From contig JBHGNT010000015.1 in the NCBI GenBank assembly GCA_043228905.1, positions 7,440,001-7,504,000 on the forward strand: a stretch of 64,000 nt of DNA. The letters are read 5' to 3'. The translations under genes were made by a program, and so were the position numbers. The stretch comes from Azolla caroliniana (lineage: Eukaryota; Plantae; Polypodiophyta). The notes under the pieces were generated by a model. That model ran no database searches, was not told where the DNA came from, and worked only from the letters and a program-made list of their open reading frames with translations. Positions 26,086 through 40,195 of the stretch are shown here, one piece after another (position 1 is the stretch's first letter; every line of letters begins with the position of its first letter).

Positions 26086-29000
26086 AAACCTTAGGCTTCA
26101 GAATATTAGGGGCTTAAGAAAGGTTGTCATTTTCAATTTGGTGTTTCTTGAAGGTTGTCATTTTCAATCTAGATATGTTCCAAGATTGTCCATATGGTTT
26201 AGGTTATAGGTGGAGTCAAACATGATAATACTTAAGAAGGGAAAGGGGAATAATTTGTCATGGATAGCTAGAGCAGAGTAGAAAAGGGACAAGATATTGA
26301 GAGAGAATAATAAATTTTACTTATGATTCCGTAACTAGTGTTTTTCACCTTGATTGGGATTAAGATGAATAAACATATTTATTTGTGTTTGCGAGAATTG
26401 CATGTAGGCAAAGAATATTTTGAAAATTTGTATGCACTTGTACCAAAACTTTCTATAACTTTCCAGAGATTTCTAGAATGACAAAAATACTCTAAATGTA
26501 TAAGCCTTATCTTGTAATCACATGATGTATGATATGCATTAGCCATGAGACTTGGTTATGCCATGGGAAGTTAGAGGTTTGATTCTTATCTATGACACCT
26601 AGCTTACCTCTCGTTGGGGAATCATTCAACTAATATGTGAAACCTTAGGCTCCAGAATATTAGGGGCTTAAGAAAGGTTGTCATTTTCAATTTGGTGTTT
26701 CTTGAAGGTTGTCATTTTCAATCTAGATATGTTCCAAGATTGTCCATATGGTTTAGGTTATAGGTGGAGTCAAACATGATAATACTTAAGAAGGGAAAGG
26801 GGAATAATTTGTCATGGATAGCTAGAGCAGAGTAGAAAAGGGACAAGATATTGAGAGAGAATAATAAATTTTACTTATGATTCCGTAACTAGTGTTTTTC
26901 ACCTTGATTGGGATTAAGATGAATAAACATATTTATTTGTGTTTGCGAGAATTGCATGTAGGCAAAGAATATTTTGAAAATTTGTATGCACTTGTACCAA
27001 AACTTTCTATAACTTTCCAGAGATTTCTAGAATGACAAAAATACTCTAAATGTATAAGCCTTATCTTGTAATCACATGATGTATGATATGCATTAGCCAT
27101 GAGACTTGGTTATGCCATGGGAAGTTAGAGGTTTGATTCTTATCTATGACACCTAGCTTACCTCTCGTTGGGGAATCATTCAACTAATATGTGAAACCTT
27201 AGGCTCCAGAATATTAGGGGCTTAAGAAAGGTTGTCATTTTCAATTTGGTGTTTCTTGAAGGTTGTCATTTTCAATCTAGATATGTTCCAAGATTGTCCA
27301 TATGGTTTAGGTTATAGGTGGAGTCAAACATGATAATACTTAAGAAGGGAAAGGGGAATAATTTGTCATGGATAGCTAGAGCAGAGTAGAAAAGGGACAA
27401 GATATTGAGAGAGAATAATAAATTTTACTTATGATTCCGTAACTAGTGTTTTTCACCTTGATTGGGATTAAGATGAATAAACATATTTATTTGTGTTTGC
27501 GAGAATTGCATGTAGGCAAAGAATATTTTGAAAATTTGTATGCACTTGTACCAAAACTTTCTATAACTTTCCAGAGATTTCTAGAATGACAAAAATACTC
27601 TAAATGTATAAGCCTTATCTTGTAATCACATGATGTATGATATGCATTAGCCATGAGACTTGGTTATGCCATGGGAAGTTAGAGGTTTGATTCTTATCTA
27701 TGACACCTAGCTTACCTCTCGTTGGGGAATCATTCAACTAATATGTGAAACCTTAGGCTCCAGAATATTAGGGGCTTAAGAAAGGTTGTCATTTTCAATT
27801 TGGTGTTTCTTGAAGGTTGTCATTTTCAATCTAGATATGTTCCAAGATTGTCCATATGGTTTAGGTTATAGGTGGAGTCAAACATGATAATACTTAAGAA
27901 GGGAAAGGGGAATAATTTGTCATGGATAGCTAGAGCAGAGTAGAAAAGGGACAAGATATTGAGAGAGAATAATAAATTTTACTTATGATTCCGTAACTAG
28001 TGTTTTTCACCTTGATTGGGATTAAGATGAATAAACATATTTATTTGTGTTTGCGAGAATTGCATGTAGGCAAAGAATATTTTGAAAATTTGTATGCACT
28101 TGTACCAAAACTTTCTATAACTTTCCAGAGATTTCTAGAATGACAAAAATACTCTAAATGTATAAGCCTTATCTTGTAATCACATGATGTATGATATGCA
28201 TTAGCCATGAGACTTGGTTATGCCATGGGAAGTTAGAGGTTTGATTCTTATCTATGACACCTAGCTTACCTCTCGTTGGGGAATCATTCAACTAATATGT
28301 GAAACCTTAGGCTCCAGAATATTAGGGGCTTAAGAAAGGTTGTCATTTTCAATTTGGTGTTTCTTGAAGGTTGTCATTTTCAATCTAGATATGTTCCAAG
28401 ATTGTCCATATGGTTTAGGTTATAGGTGGAGTCAAACATGATAATACTTAAGAAGGGAAAGGGGAATAATTTGTCATGGATAGCTAGAGCAGAGTAGAAA
28501 AGGGACAAGATATTGAGAGAGAATAATAAATTTTACTTATGATTCCGTAACTAGTGTTTTTCACCTTGATTGGGATTAAGATGAATAAACATATTTATTT
28601 GTGTTTGCGAGAATTGCATGTAGGCAAAGAATATTTTGAAAATTTGTATGCACTTGTACCAAAACTTTCTATAACTTTCCAGAGATTTCTAGAATGACAA
28701 AAATACTCTAAATGTATAAGCCTTATCTTGTAATCACATGATGTATGATATGCATTAGCCATGAGACTTGGTTATGCCATGGGAAGTTAGAGGTTTGATT
28801 CTTATCTATGACACCTAGCTTACCTCTCGTTGGGGAATCATTCAACTAATATGTGAAACCTTAGGCTCCAGAATATTAGGGGCTTAAGAAAGGTTGTCAT
28901 TTTCAATTTGGTGTTTCTTGAAGGTTGTCATTTTCAATCTAGATATGTTCCAAGATTGTCCATATGGTTTAGGTTATAGGTGGAGTCAAACATGATAATA

Positions 29001-32000
29001 CTTAAGAAGGGAAAGGGGAATAATTTGTCATGGATAGCTAGAGCAGAGTAGAAAAGGGACAAGATATTGAGAGAGAATAATAAATTTTACTTATGATTCC
29101 GTAACTAGTGTTTTTCACCTTGATTGGGATTAAGATGAATAAACATATTTATTTGTGTTTGCGAGAATTGCATGTAGGCAAAGAATATTTTGAAAATTTG
29201 TATGCACTTGTACCAAAACTTTCTATAACTTTCCAGAGATTTCTAGAATGACAAAAATACTCTAAATGTATAAGCCTTATCTTGTAATCACATGATGTAT
29301 GATATGCATTAGCCATGAGACTTGGTTATGCCATGGGAAGTTAGAGGTTTGATTCTTATCTATGACACCTAGCTTACCTCTCGTTGGGGAATCATTCAAC
29401 TAATATGTGAAACCTTAGGCTCCAGAATATTAGGGGCTTAAGAAAGGTTGTCATTTTCAATTTGGTGTTTCTTGAAGGTTGTCATTTTCAATCTAGATAT
29501 GTTCCAAGATTGTCCATATGGTTTAGGTTATAGGTGGAGTCAAACATGATAATACTTAAGAAGGGAAAGGGGAATAATTTGTCATGGATAGCTAGAGCAG
29601 AGTAGAAAAGGGACAAGATATTGAGAGAGAATAATAAATTTTACTTATGATTCCGTAACTAGTGTTTTTCACCTTGATTGGGATTAAGATGAATAAACAT
29701 ATTTATTTGTGTTTGCGAGAATTGCATGTAGGCAAAGAATATTTTGAAAATTTGTATGCACTTGTACCAAAACTTTCTATAACTTTCCAGAGATTTCTAG
29801 AATGACAAAAATACTCTAAATGTATAAGCCTTATCTTGTAATCACATGATGTATGATATGCATTAGCCATGAGACTTGGTTATGCCATGGGAAGTTAGAG
29901 GTTTGATTCTTATCTATGACACCTAGCTTACCTCTCGTTGGGGAATCATTCAACTAATATGTGAAACCTTAGGCTCCAGAATATTAGGGGCTTAAGAAAG
30001 GTTGTCATTTTCAATTTGGTGTTTCTTGAAGGTTGTCATTTTCAATCTAGATATGTTCCAAGATTGTCCATATGGTTTAGGTTATAGGTGGAGTCAAACA
30101 TGATAATACTTAAGAAGGGAAAGGGGAATAATTTGTCATGGATAGCTAGAGCAGAGTAGAAAAGGGACAAGATATTGAGAGAGAATAATAAATTTTACTT
30201 ATGATTCCGTAACTAGTGTTTTTCACCTTGATTGGGATTAAGATGAATAAACATATTTATTTGTGTTTGCGAGAATTGCATGTAGGCAAAGAATATTTTG
30301 AAAATTTGTATGCACTTGTACCAAAACTTTCTATAACTTTCCAGAGATTTCTAGAATGACAAAAATACTCTAAATGTATAAGCCTTATCTTGTAATCACA
30401 TGATGTATGATATGCATTAGCCATGAGACTTGGTTATGCCATGGGAAGTTAGAGGTTTGATTCTTATCTATGACACCTAGCTTACCTCTCGTTGGGGAAT
30501 CATTCAACTAATATGTGAAACCTTAGGCTCCAGAATATTAGGGGCTTAAGAAAGGTTGTCATTTTCAATTTGGTGTTTCTTGAAGGTTGTCATTTTCAAT
30601 CTAGATATGTTCCAAGATTGTCCATATGGTTTAGGTTATAGGTGGAGTCAAACATGATAATACTTAAGAAGGGAAAGGGGAATAATTTGTCATGGATAGC
30701 TAGAGCAGAGTAGAAAAGGGACAAGATATTGAGAGAGAATAATAAATTTTACTTATGATTCCGTAACTAGTGTTTTTCACCTTGATTGGGATTAAGATGA
30801 ATAAACATATTTATTTGTGTTTGCGAGAATTGCATGTAGGCAAAGAATATTTTGAAAATTTGTATGCACTTGTACCAAAACTTTCTATAACTTTCCAGAG
30901 ATTTCTAGAATGACAAAAATACTCTAAATGTATAAGCCTTATCTTGTAATCACATGATGTATGATATGCATTAGCCATGAGACTTGGTTATGCCATGGGA
31001 AGTTAGAGGTTTGATTCTTATCTATGACACCTAGCTTACCTCTCGTTGGGGAATCATTCAACTAATATGTGAAACCTTAGGCTCCAGAATATTAGGGGCT
31101 TAAGAAAGGTTGTCATTTTCAATTTGGTGTTTCTTGAAGGTTGTCATTTTCAATCTAGATATGTTCCAAGATTGTCCATATGGTTTAGGTTATAGGTGGA
31201 GTCAAACATGATAATACTTAAGAAGGGAAAGGGGAATAATTTGTCATGGATAGCTAGAGCAGAGTAGAAAAGGGACAAGATATTGAGAGAGAATAATAAA
31301 TTTTACTTATGATTCCGTAACTAGTGTTTTTCACCTTGATTGGGATTAAGATGAATAAACATATTTATTTGTGTTTGCGAGAATTGCATGTAGGCAAAGA
31401 ATATTTTGAAAATTTGTATGCACTTGTACCAAAACTTTCTATAACTTTCCAGAGATTTCTAGAATGACAAAAATACTCTAAATGTATAAGCCTTATCTTG
31501 TAATCACATGATGTATGATATGCATTAGCCATGAGACTTGGTTATGCCATGGGAAGTTAGAGGTTTGATTCTTATCTATGACACCTAGCTTACCTCTCGT
31601 TGGGGAATCATTCAACTAATATGTGAAACCTTAGGCTCCAGAATATTAGGGGCTTAAGAAAGGTTGTCATTTTCAATTTGGTGTTTCTTGAAGGTTGTCA
31701 TTTTCAATCTAGATATGTTCCAAGATTGTCCATATGGTTTAGGTTATAGGTGGAGTCAAACATGATAATACTTAAGAAGGGAAAGGGGAATAATTTGTCA
31801 TGGATAGCTAGAGCAGAGTAGAAAAGGGACAAGATATTGAGAGAGAATAATAAATTTTACTTATGATTCCGTAACTAGTGTTTTTCACCTTGATTGGGAT
31901 TAAGATGAATAAACATATTTATTTGTGTTTGCGAGAATTGCATGTAGGCAAAGAATATTTTGAAAATTTGTATGCACTTGTACCAAAACTTTCTATAACT

Positions 32001-35000
32001 TTCCAGAGATTTCTAGAATGACAAAAATACTCTAAATGTATAAGCCTTATCTTGTAATCACATGATGTATGATATGCATTAGCCATGAGACTTGGTTATG
32101 CCATGGGAAGTTAGAGGTTTGATTCTTATCTATGACACCTAGCTTACCTCTCGTTGGGGAATCATTCAACTAATATGTGAAACCTTAGGCTCCAGAATAT
32201 TAGGGGCTTAAGAAAGGTTGTCATTTTCAATTTGGTGTTTCTTGAAGGTTGTCATTTTCAATCTAGATATGTTCCAAGATTGTCCATATGGTTTAGGTTA
32301 TAGGTGGAGTCAAACATGATAATACTTAAGAAGGGAAAGGGGAATAATTTGTCATGGATAGCTAGAGCAGAGTAGAAAAGGGACAAGATATTGAGAGAGA
32401 ATAATAAATTTTACTTATGATTCCGTAACTAGTGTTTTTCACCTTGATTGGGATTAAGATGAATAAACATATTTATTTGTGTTTGCGAGAATTGCATGTA
32501 GGCAAAGAATATTTTGAAAATTTGTATGCACTTGTACCAAAACTTTCTATAACTTTCCAGAGATTTCTAGAATGACAAAAATACTCTAAATGTATAAGCC
32601 TTATCTTGTAATCACATGATGTATGATATGCATTAGCCATGAGACTTGGTTATGCCATGGGAAGTTAGAGGTTTGATTCTTATCTATGACACCTAGCTTA
32701 CCTCTCGTTGGGGAATCATTCAACTAATATGTGAAACCTTAGGCTCCAGAATATTAGGGGCTTAAGAAAGGTTGTCATTTTCAATTTGGTGTTTCTTGAA
32801 GGTTGTCATTTTCAATCTAGATATGTTCCAAGATTGTCCATATGGTTTAGGTTATAGGTGGAGTCAAACATGATAATACTTAAGAAGGGAAAGGGGAATA
32901 ATTTGTCATGGATAGCTAGAGCAGAGTAGAAAAGGGACAAGATATTGAGAGAGAATAATAAATTTTACTTATGATTCCGTAACTAGTGTTTTTCACCTTG
33001 ATTGGGATTAAGATGAATAAACATATTTATTTGTGTTTGCGAGAATTGCATGTAGGCAAAGAATATTTTGAAAATTTGTATGCACTTGTACCAAAACTTT
33101 CTATAACTTTCCAGAGATTTCTAGAATGACAAAAATACTCTAAATGTATAAGCCTTATCTTGTAATCACATGATGTATGATATGCATTAGCCATGAGACT
33201 TGGTTATGCCATGGGAAGTTAGAGGTTTGATTCTTATCTATGACACCTAGCTTACCTCTCGTTGGGGAATCATTCAACTAATATGTGAAACCTTAGGCTC
33301 CAGAATATTAGGGGCTTAAGAAAGGTTGTCATTTTCAATTTGGTGTTTCTTGAAGGTTGTCATTTTCAATCTAGATATGTTCCAAGATTGTCCATATGGT
33401 TTAGGTTATAGGTGGAGTCAAACATGATAATACTTAAGAAGGGAAAGGGGAATAATTTGTCATGGATAGCTAGAGCAGAGTAGAAAAGGGACAAGATATT
33501 GAGAGAGAATAATAAATTTTACTTATGATTCCGTAACTAGTGTTTTTCACCTTGATTGGGATTAAGATGAATAAACATATTTATTTGTGTTTGCGAGAAT
33601 TGCATGTAGGCAAAGAATATTTTGAAAATTTGTATGCACTTGTACCAAAACTTTCTATAACTTTCCAGAGATTTCTAGAATGACAAAAATACTCTAAATG
33701 TATAAGCCTTATCTTGTAATCACATGATGTATGATATGCATTAGCCATGAGACTTGGTTATGCCATGGGAAGTTAGAGGTTTGATTCTTATCTATGACAC
33801 CTAGCTTACCTCTCGTTGGGGAATCATTCAACTAATATGTGAAACCTTAGGCTCCAGAATATTAGGGGCTTAAGAAAGGTTGTCATTTTCAATTTGGTGT
33901 TTCTTGAAGGTTGTCATTTTCAATCTAGATATGTTCCAAGATTGTCCATATGGTTTAGGTTATAGGTGGAGTCAAACATGATAATACTTAAGAAGGGAAA
34001 GGGGAATAATTTGTCATGGATAGCTAGAGCAGAGTAGAAAAGGGACAAGATATTGAGAGAGAATAATAAATTTTACTTATGATTCCGTAACTAGTGTTTT
34101 TCACCTTGATTGGGATTAAGATGAATAAACATATTTATTTGTGTTTGCGAGAATTGCATGTAGGCAAAGAATATTTTGAAAATTTGTATGCACTTGTACC
34201 AAAACTTTCTATAACTTTCCAGAGATTTCTAGAATGACAAAAATACTCTAAATGTATAAGCCTTATCTTGTAATCACATGATGTATGATATGCATTAGCC
34301 ATGAGACTTGGTTATGCCATGGGAAGTTAGAGGTTTGATTCTTATCTATGACACCTAGCTTACCTCTCGTTGGGGAATCATTCAACTAATATGTGAAACC
34401 TTAGGCTCCAGAATATTAGGGGCTTAAGAAAGGTTGTCATTTTCAATTTGGTGTTTCTTGAAGGTTGTCATTTTCAATCTAGATATGTTCCAAGATTGTC
34501 CATATGGTTTAGGTTATAGGTGGAGTCAAACATGATAATACTTAAGAAGGGAAAGGGGAATAATTTGTCATGGATAGCTAGAGCAGAGTAGAAAAGGGAC
34601 AAGATATTGAGAGAGAATAATAAATTTTACTTATGATTCCGTAACTAGTGTTTTTCACCTTGATTGGGATTAAGATGAATAAACATATTTATTTGTGTTT
34701 GCGAGAATTGCATGTAGGCAAAGAATATTTTGAAAATTTGTATGCACTTGTACCAAAACTTTCTATAACTTTCCAGAGATTTCTAGAATGACAAAAATAC
34801 TCTAAATGTATAAGCCTTATCTTGTAATCACATGATGTATGATATGCATTAGCCATGAGACTTGGTTATGCCATGGGAAGTTAGAGGTTTGATTCTTATC
34901 TATGACACCTAGCTTACCTCTCGTTGGGGAATCATTCAACTAATATGTGAAACCTTAGGCTCCAGAATATTAGGGGCTTAAGAAAGGTTGTCATTTTCAA

Positions 35001-37167
35001 TTTGGTGTTTCTTGAAGGTTGTCATTTTCAATCTAGATATGTTCCAAGATTGTCCATATGGTTTAGGTTATAGGTGGAGTCAAACATGATAATACTTAAG
35101 AAGGGAAAGGGGAATAATTTGTCATGGATAGCTAGAGCAGAGTAGAAAAGGGACAAGATATTGAGAGAGAATAATAAATTTTACTTATGATTCCGTAACT
35201 AGTGTTTTTCACCTTGATTGGGATTAAGATGAATAAACATATTTATTTGTGTTTGCGAGAATTGCATGTAGGCAAAGAATATTTTGAAAATTTGTATGCA
35301 CTTGTACCAAAACTTTCTATAACTTTCCAGAGATTTCTAGAATGACAAAAATACTCTAAATGTATAAGCCTTATCTTGTAATCACATGATGTATGATATG
35401 CATTAGCCATGAGACTTGGTTATGCCATGGGAAGTTAGAGGTTTGATTCTTATCTATGACACCTAGCTTACCTCTCGTTGGGGAATCATTCAACTAATAT
35501 GTGAAACCTTAGGCTCCAGAATATTAGGGGCTTAAGAAAGGTTGTCATTTTCAATTTGGTGTTTCTTGAAGGTTGTCATTTTCAATCTAGATATGTTCCA
35601 AGATTGTCCATATGGTTTAGGTTATAGGTGGAGTCAAACATGATAATACTTAAGAAGGGAAAGGGGAATAATTTGTCATGGATAGCTAGAGCAGAGTAGA
35701 AAAGGGACAAGATATTGAGAGAGAATAATAAATTTTACTTATGATTCCGTAACTAGTGTTTTTCACCTTGATTGGGATTAAGATGAATAAACATATTTAT
35801 TTGTGTTTGCGAGAATTGCATGTAGGCAAAGAATATTTTGAAAATTTGTATGCACTTGTACCAAAACTTTCTATAACTTTCCAGAGATTTCTAGAATGAC
35901 AAAAATACTCTAAATGTATAAGCCTTATCTTGTAATCACATGATGTATGATATGCATTAGCCATGAGACTTGGTTATGCCATGGGAAGTTAGAGGTTTGA
36001 TTCTTATCTATGACACCTAGCTTACCTCTCGTTGGGGAATCATTCAACTAATATGTGAAACCTTAGGCTCCAGAATATTAGGGGCTTAAGAAAGGTTGTC
36101 ATTTTCAATTTGGTGTTTCTTGAAGGTTGTCATTTTCAATCTAGATATGTTCCAAGATTGTCCATATGGTTTAGGTTATAGGTGGAGTCAAACATGATAA
36201 TACTTAAGAAGGGAAAGGGGAATAATTTGTCATGGATAGCTAGAGCAGAGTAGAAAAGGGACAAGATATTGAGAGAGAATAATAAATTTTACTTATGATT
36301 CCGTAACTAGTGTTTTTCACCTTGATTGGGATTAAGATGAATAAACATATTTATTTGTGTTTGCGAGAATTGCATGTAGGCAAAGAATATTTTGAAAATT
36401 TGTATGCACTTGTACCAAAACTTTCTATAACTTTCCAGAGATTTCTAGAATGACAAAAATACTCTAAATGTATAAGCCTTATCTTGTAATCACATGATGT
36501 ATGATATGCATTAGCCATGAGACTTGGTTATGCCATGGGAAGTTAGAGGTTTGATTCTTATCTATGACACCTAGCTTACCTCTCGTTGGGGAATCATTCA
36601 ACTAATATGTGAAACCTTAGGCTCCAGAATATTAGGGGCTTAAGAAAGGTTGTCATTTTCAATTTGGTGTTTCTTGAAGGTTGTCATTTTCAATCTAGAT
36701 ATGTTCCAAGATTGTCCATATGGTTTAGGTTATAGGTGGAGTCAAACATGATAATACTTAAGAAGGGAAAGGGGAATAATTTGTCATGGATAGCTAGAGC
36801 AGAGTAGAAAAGGGACAAGATATTGAGAGAGAATAATAAATTTTACTTATGATTCCGTAACTAGTGTTTTTCACCTTGATTGGGATTAAGATGAATAAAC
36901 ATATTTATTTGTGTTTGCGAGAATTGCATGTAGGCAAAGAATATTTTGAAAATTTGTATGCACTTGTACCAAAACTTTCTATAACTTTCCAGAGATTTCT
37001 AGAATGACAAAAATACTCTAAATGTATAAGCCTTATCTTGTAATCACATGATGTATGATATGCATTAGCCATGAGACTTGGTTATGCCATGGGAAGTTAG
37101 AGGTTTGATTCTTATCTATGACACCTAGCTTACCTCTCGTTGGGGAATCATTCAACTAATATGTGAA
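26086..37167. repeat. Tandem array of 20 x 554 bp, apparently identical; each unit holds a PPT-like tract and a 342-bp LTR-like box
   Basis: TTAGGCT recurs at 26091, 26645, 27199 ... 36617 (period 554). Length 11082 = 20x554 + 2 (AA at the junction). The only difference seen is T for C at 26098 in copy 1. LTR-like box TGTCATGGATA...TATCTATGACA at 26256-26597 in copy 1. Confidence 0.97.
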
Positions 37168-39559
37168 GATTGTAATTTGTGGCAAGCTTGGGTTAATACT
37201 AGGTATGACTCAAAGCCGATAATGGTGGTGTAGGATGTTGTTCATGGGTCGGATTTATCTTGATCCCTTTGCTGGTTGGGTGTATCAACACAACTATTTC
37301 TCTCTTTGTCTCTTTATTTTCTTACCTATTTTTTCATTTTCATGCTTACATGAGATATATGAGTGATACCTAACTGCCATCTTCTCCTAAGAGGGAAGCC
37401 ACACTCACCGATAATTGCTTGTCTAGTAGGCATGTTTAGCTAAACCTTCTATTATAAAAATGGATAGATGATCTCTCTCAATCATCCACATCTATAAAAA
37501 TCCTTGCGTTACAAGTCATTTATGGGGCCAATTTTGTGAAGGATTGTAAGCCGGACTGATAGAATATTGAAACATGTCGGACATTGTTTATTACACACAC
37601 CATGACTAACATATTAAAATCACAATGGTCTGCTCCTCCAATCATAGACGAAAAATGTAGCAACAACTCTATCTCAACTACCAATAATTGACATAGAATG
37701 TGTTCCCATTTGTGATTCATTGAGCCCCACAAAATGGATAACTCTTTTACTTTCTAACCACCAAAACCCCCCTAACCCTACATTACTCTTTTGCCTTGTT
37801 AACATATTTTTAATTTTCTTTGAAATAGTTAATAAATTCTAACAAAAAAAGCACTAGCACGAGACGGAAAAGCTTTGAAAAAGCCATTTCTCCATTGCTT
37901 GGAGTCTTAGGAGGATGGATTCTTTGTCAAAGTGTTCCCAATCAAGTGGGTAAATTTGATATAGAAAAATGATGGGATTGATGCAAGTTTACGGAATGTA
38001 GGAGATTTTGTTTTGAATCAACCCGCGAAAGATAGGAACAAGGCCATCTTTGTTGAAAAAACCCCTACTTTAGGTTTGGTATGCATTTTAATTGAAACAT
38101 ATGGGTTGAAGTATTGGTTCATTGTGATATTATTAACAATCTCCGCATTTCAAATGAAAGAGTATGGGCTTAAGTATTGGTTCATTATGATATTATCAGC
38201 TATCTCAAAGGTCATGTTGCACTTTGGAGAGTGAAATAGGTCTTATACAATCTCCTTTCAAAACGAGGAGGTTCTTAGCTTCATACAAAGGAACCTAACA
38301 AAAACGGAAGACTGTAAAACTAGGGAAGCAAAGACAAAGGAAAGAGAAGTTGAACTAATTGATATTCTTCATGTTACCTTATGGCACATACAAGAGCACA
38401 CAATGTAAGACGCTTGTAGATTGTATACTTTTGTATATTTGATATTTATGAAAAACATCTTATAGATGTAAATAAATATTCAATATTTATTTCTCGTAAA
38501 CATATGGTGCAAGTTTTAAACTTGCACCTATATATTGGGAAACATTCAAGCAATAGATAATGTAGAAGATATTGAATTGTAGAGATTTGTGTGTTGGGAT
38601 TTAAACCAAGTCTCGCAAGAAAGTCCTTTTATCTTCTTCCTTAAGGTTACTCTATATAGGCTTCTAACCTAAGTCCTTGATATCCCTTCACAAACTTATT
38701 GCATTCATCTCCTAGGTCTAAAATTAAGGAGGTTCCATTCAGGCATGCATGAGGCTAACACTATTTTGCATGACAACTTGAGAATTTGGACATTGTAGTC
38801 ATTGGAGGAGAGATAAAAGAAGATGTAAAAAGATGCAAAACAAATGATGGCTCAAACATTAAGAGTTAACCATTGTTAACAAAAAGAGAGGATTTTAAGC
38901 CCACTATACATGATTGGAAGAAAAGGGATAAATCTACAACGAACAAGGACAAAATCAAAGCAATCAATAAGGATGAATGTGAAACATGTAGTTTTGGTCA
39001 ATCCAAGCTCCCATGCAAGACAAAAATGAGAGGTTCATGTTAAAGGAAGAGCGTTGCACCAAAAGTGGAGAAAAAGGAGAAGCTAGTCACACTCAATATG
39101 AGAGTTCATGTAAGAGCTTCAAAATGAGAGATAGAAAGAGCTCATTCTTAGGTTCACGACTTGTAGGAGAATTTTTTCGAAAGCTTGGACATTGAGGAGA
39201 ACCCATATAGGAAGTTCTTCACAAAGGTTTGCATGATAGGCCTACGATGATTGAGGTGTTGGAGATGTTGATTATAGACTCACCATGAGATAGATAGATT
39301 GTGTTATCGTCTTCAAAGTCAAATATGAGACAAAAAATATTACATTTTCATGTAACATGTATGTGATAGTGAGTAGAGAATCTTGATATTCAAGAACTTG
39401 ACTAATGAATGTTGTATTCAAGAGAGCACACTATGACTGTGAGAGAAAATCGTGCAAGGATTGGGTTTAGTCTAAGATGTGTGGAAAGCATAATCGAATG
39501 TGATTATAGCTAGAGCATTAAATTATAGTGTAATATTGAGACTCCTAAACTTGTTTCAA

Positions 39560-40195
39560 TCAAAGAATGGATAATTGACTACTCTCATCACTTGTTCCCC
39601 AATGACTCATCTTACATTGTAGAGCGTGTGAGCTAAATCTCATGGAAGCAATGGTTTGGATGGTTGAGAACGGGATGGGCTCTAACATGTATTGATGTGT
39701 GTGGTTCCCTTGATCATCGAAGAATCTGGTTTGTAATAAGCTGAAACATATGTAGTATAATGTGTGAAGCATAAACATGCGCGTCTGTCATGTCATGATA
39801 CATTGGCATTGTGATAATACCTCATTTATTGAGTAATCTAGCAAATTTGCATCATGAAGCAAGTGTGTTGCATCCCATCTTCCAAACTATTTTTCCATAT
39901 CTTGCATCCAACCAAAACACACAATTTTTCTTTTATCTGTCTTTTGGATATTTTAATTATTTCTCATGCAATTCTCAGAAGTCAACGTGAGAGATGTTTT
40001 TGAACCTTAAGCATATATTCTAAAACTGTTTCCATGGCCACGATCTCAATTGGAGGTGATATTGTCTCAAGAAGTACAAGGGTGTATGACATTTGCTTCT
40101 TGACTTGAAGAAACTTTCTAAGAAAATGTTGTTGGACATTTTCAAACTCTTTCTTTGTGGACTTAGTGATGCTAACACCCCATACTTGCACACCT
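39560..40195 (-). mobile_element. RTE-X-like LINE 3' fragment, related to 17030-17700
   Basis: VWGVSITKSTKKEFENVQQHFLRKFLQVKK...LLETISPPIEIVAM parallels VWGDTISLNAWNEIEKIQKMFLRRQLGVK...LLEIVVRPIEILAL. Confidence 0.75.

Noticed and set aside
26086-37167. Array as rDNA (5S), a coding repeat, or a tandem TRIM/Cassandra array
   Set aside because: No recognisable 5S sequence and no ORF of 60 aa or more. No PBS follows the LTR-like box, and the array neither starts nor ends with the LTR.
37750-39500. Possible LINE ORF1/endonuclease remnants and short hydrophobic ORFs
   Set aside because: Too decayed to assign by eye, and no splice-consistent gene model was found.
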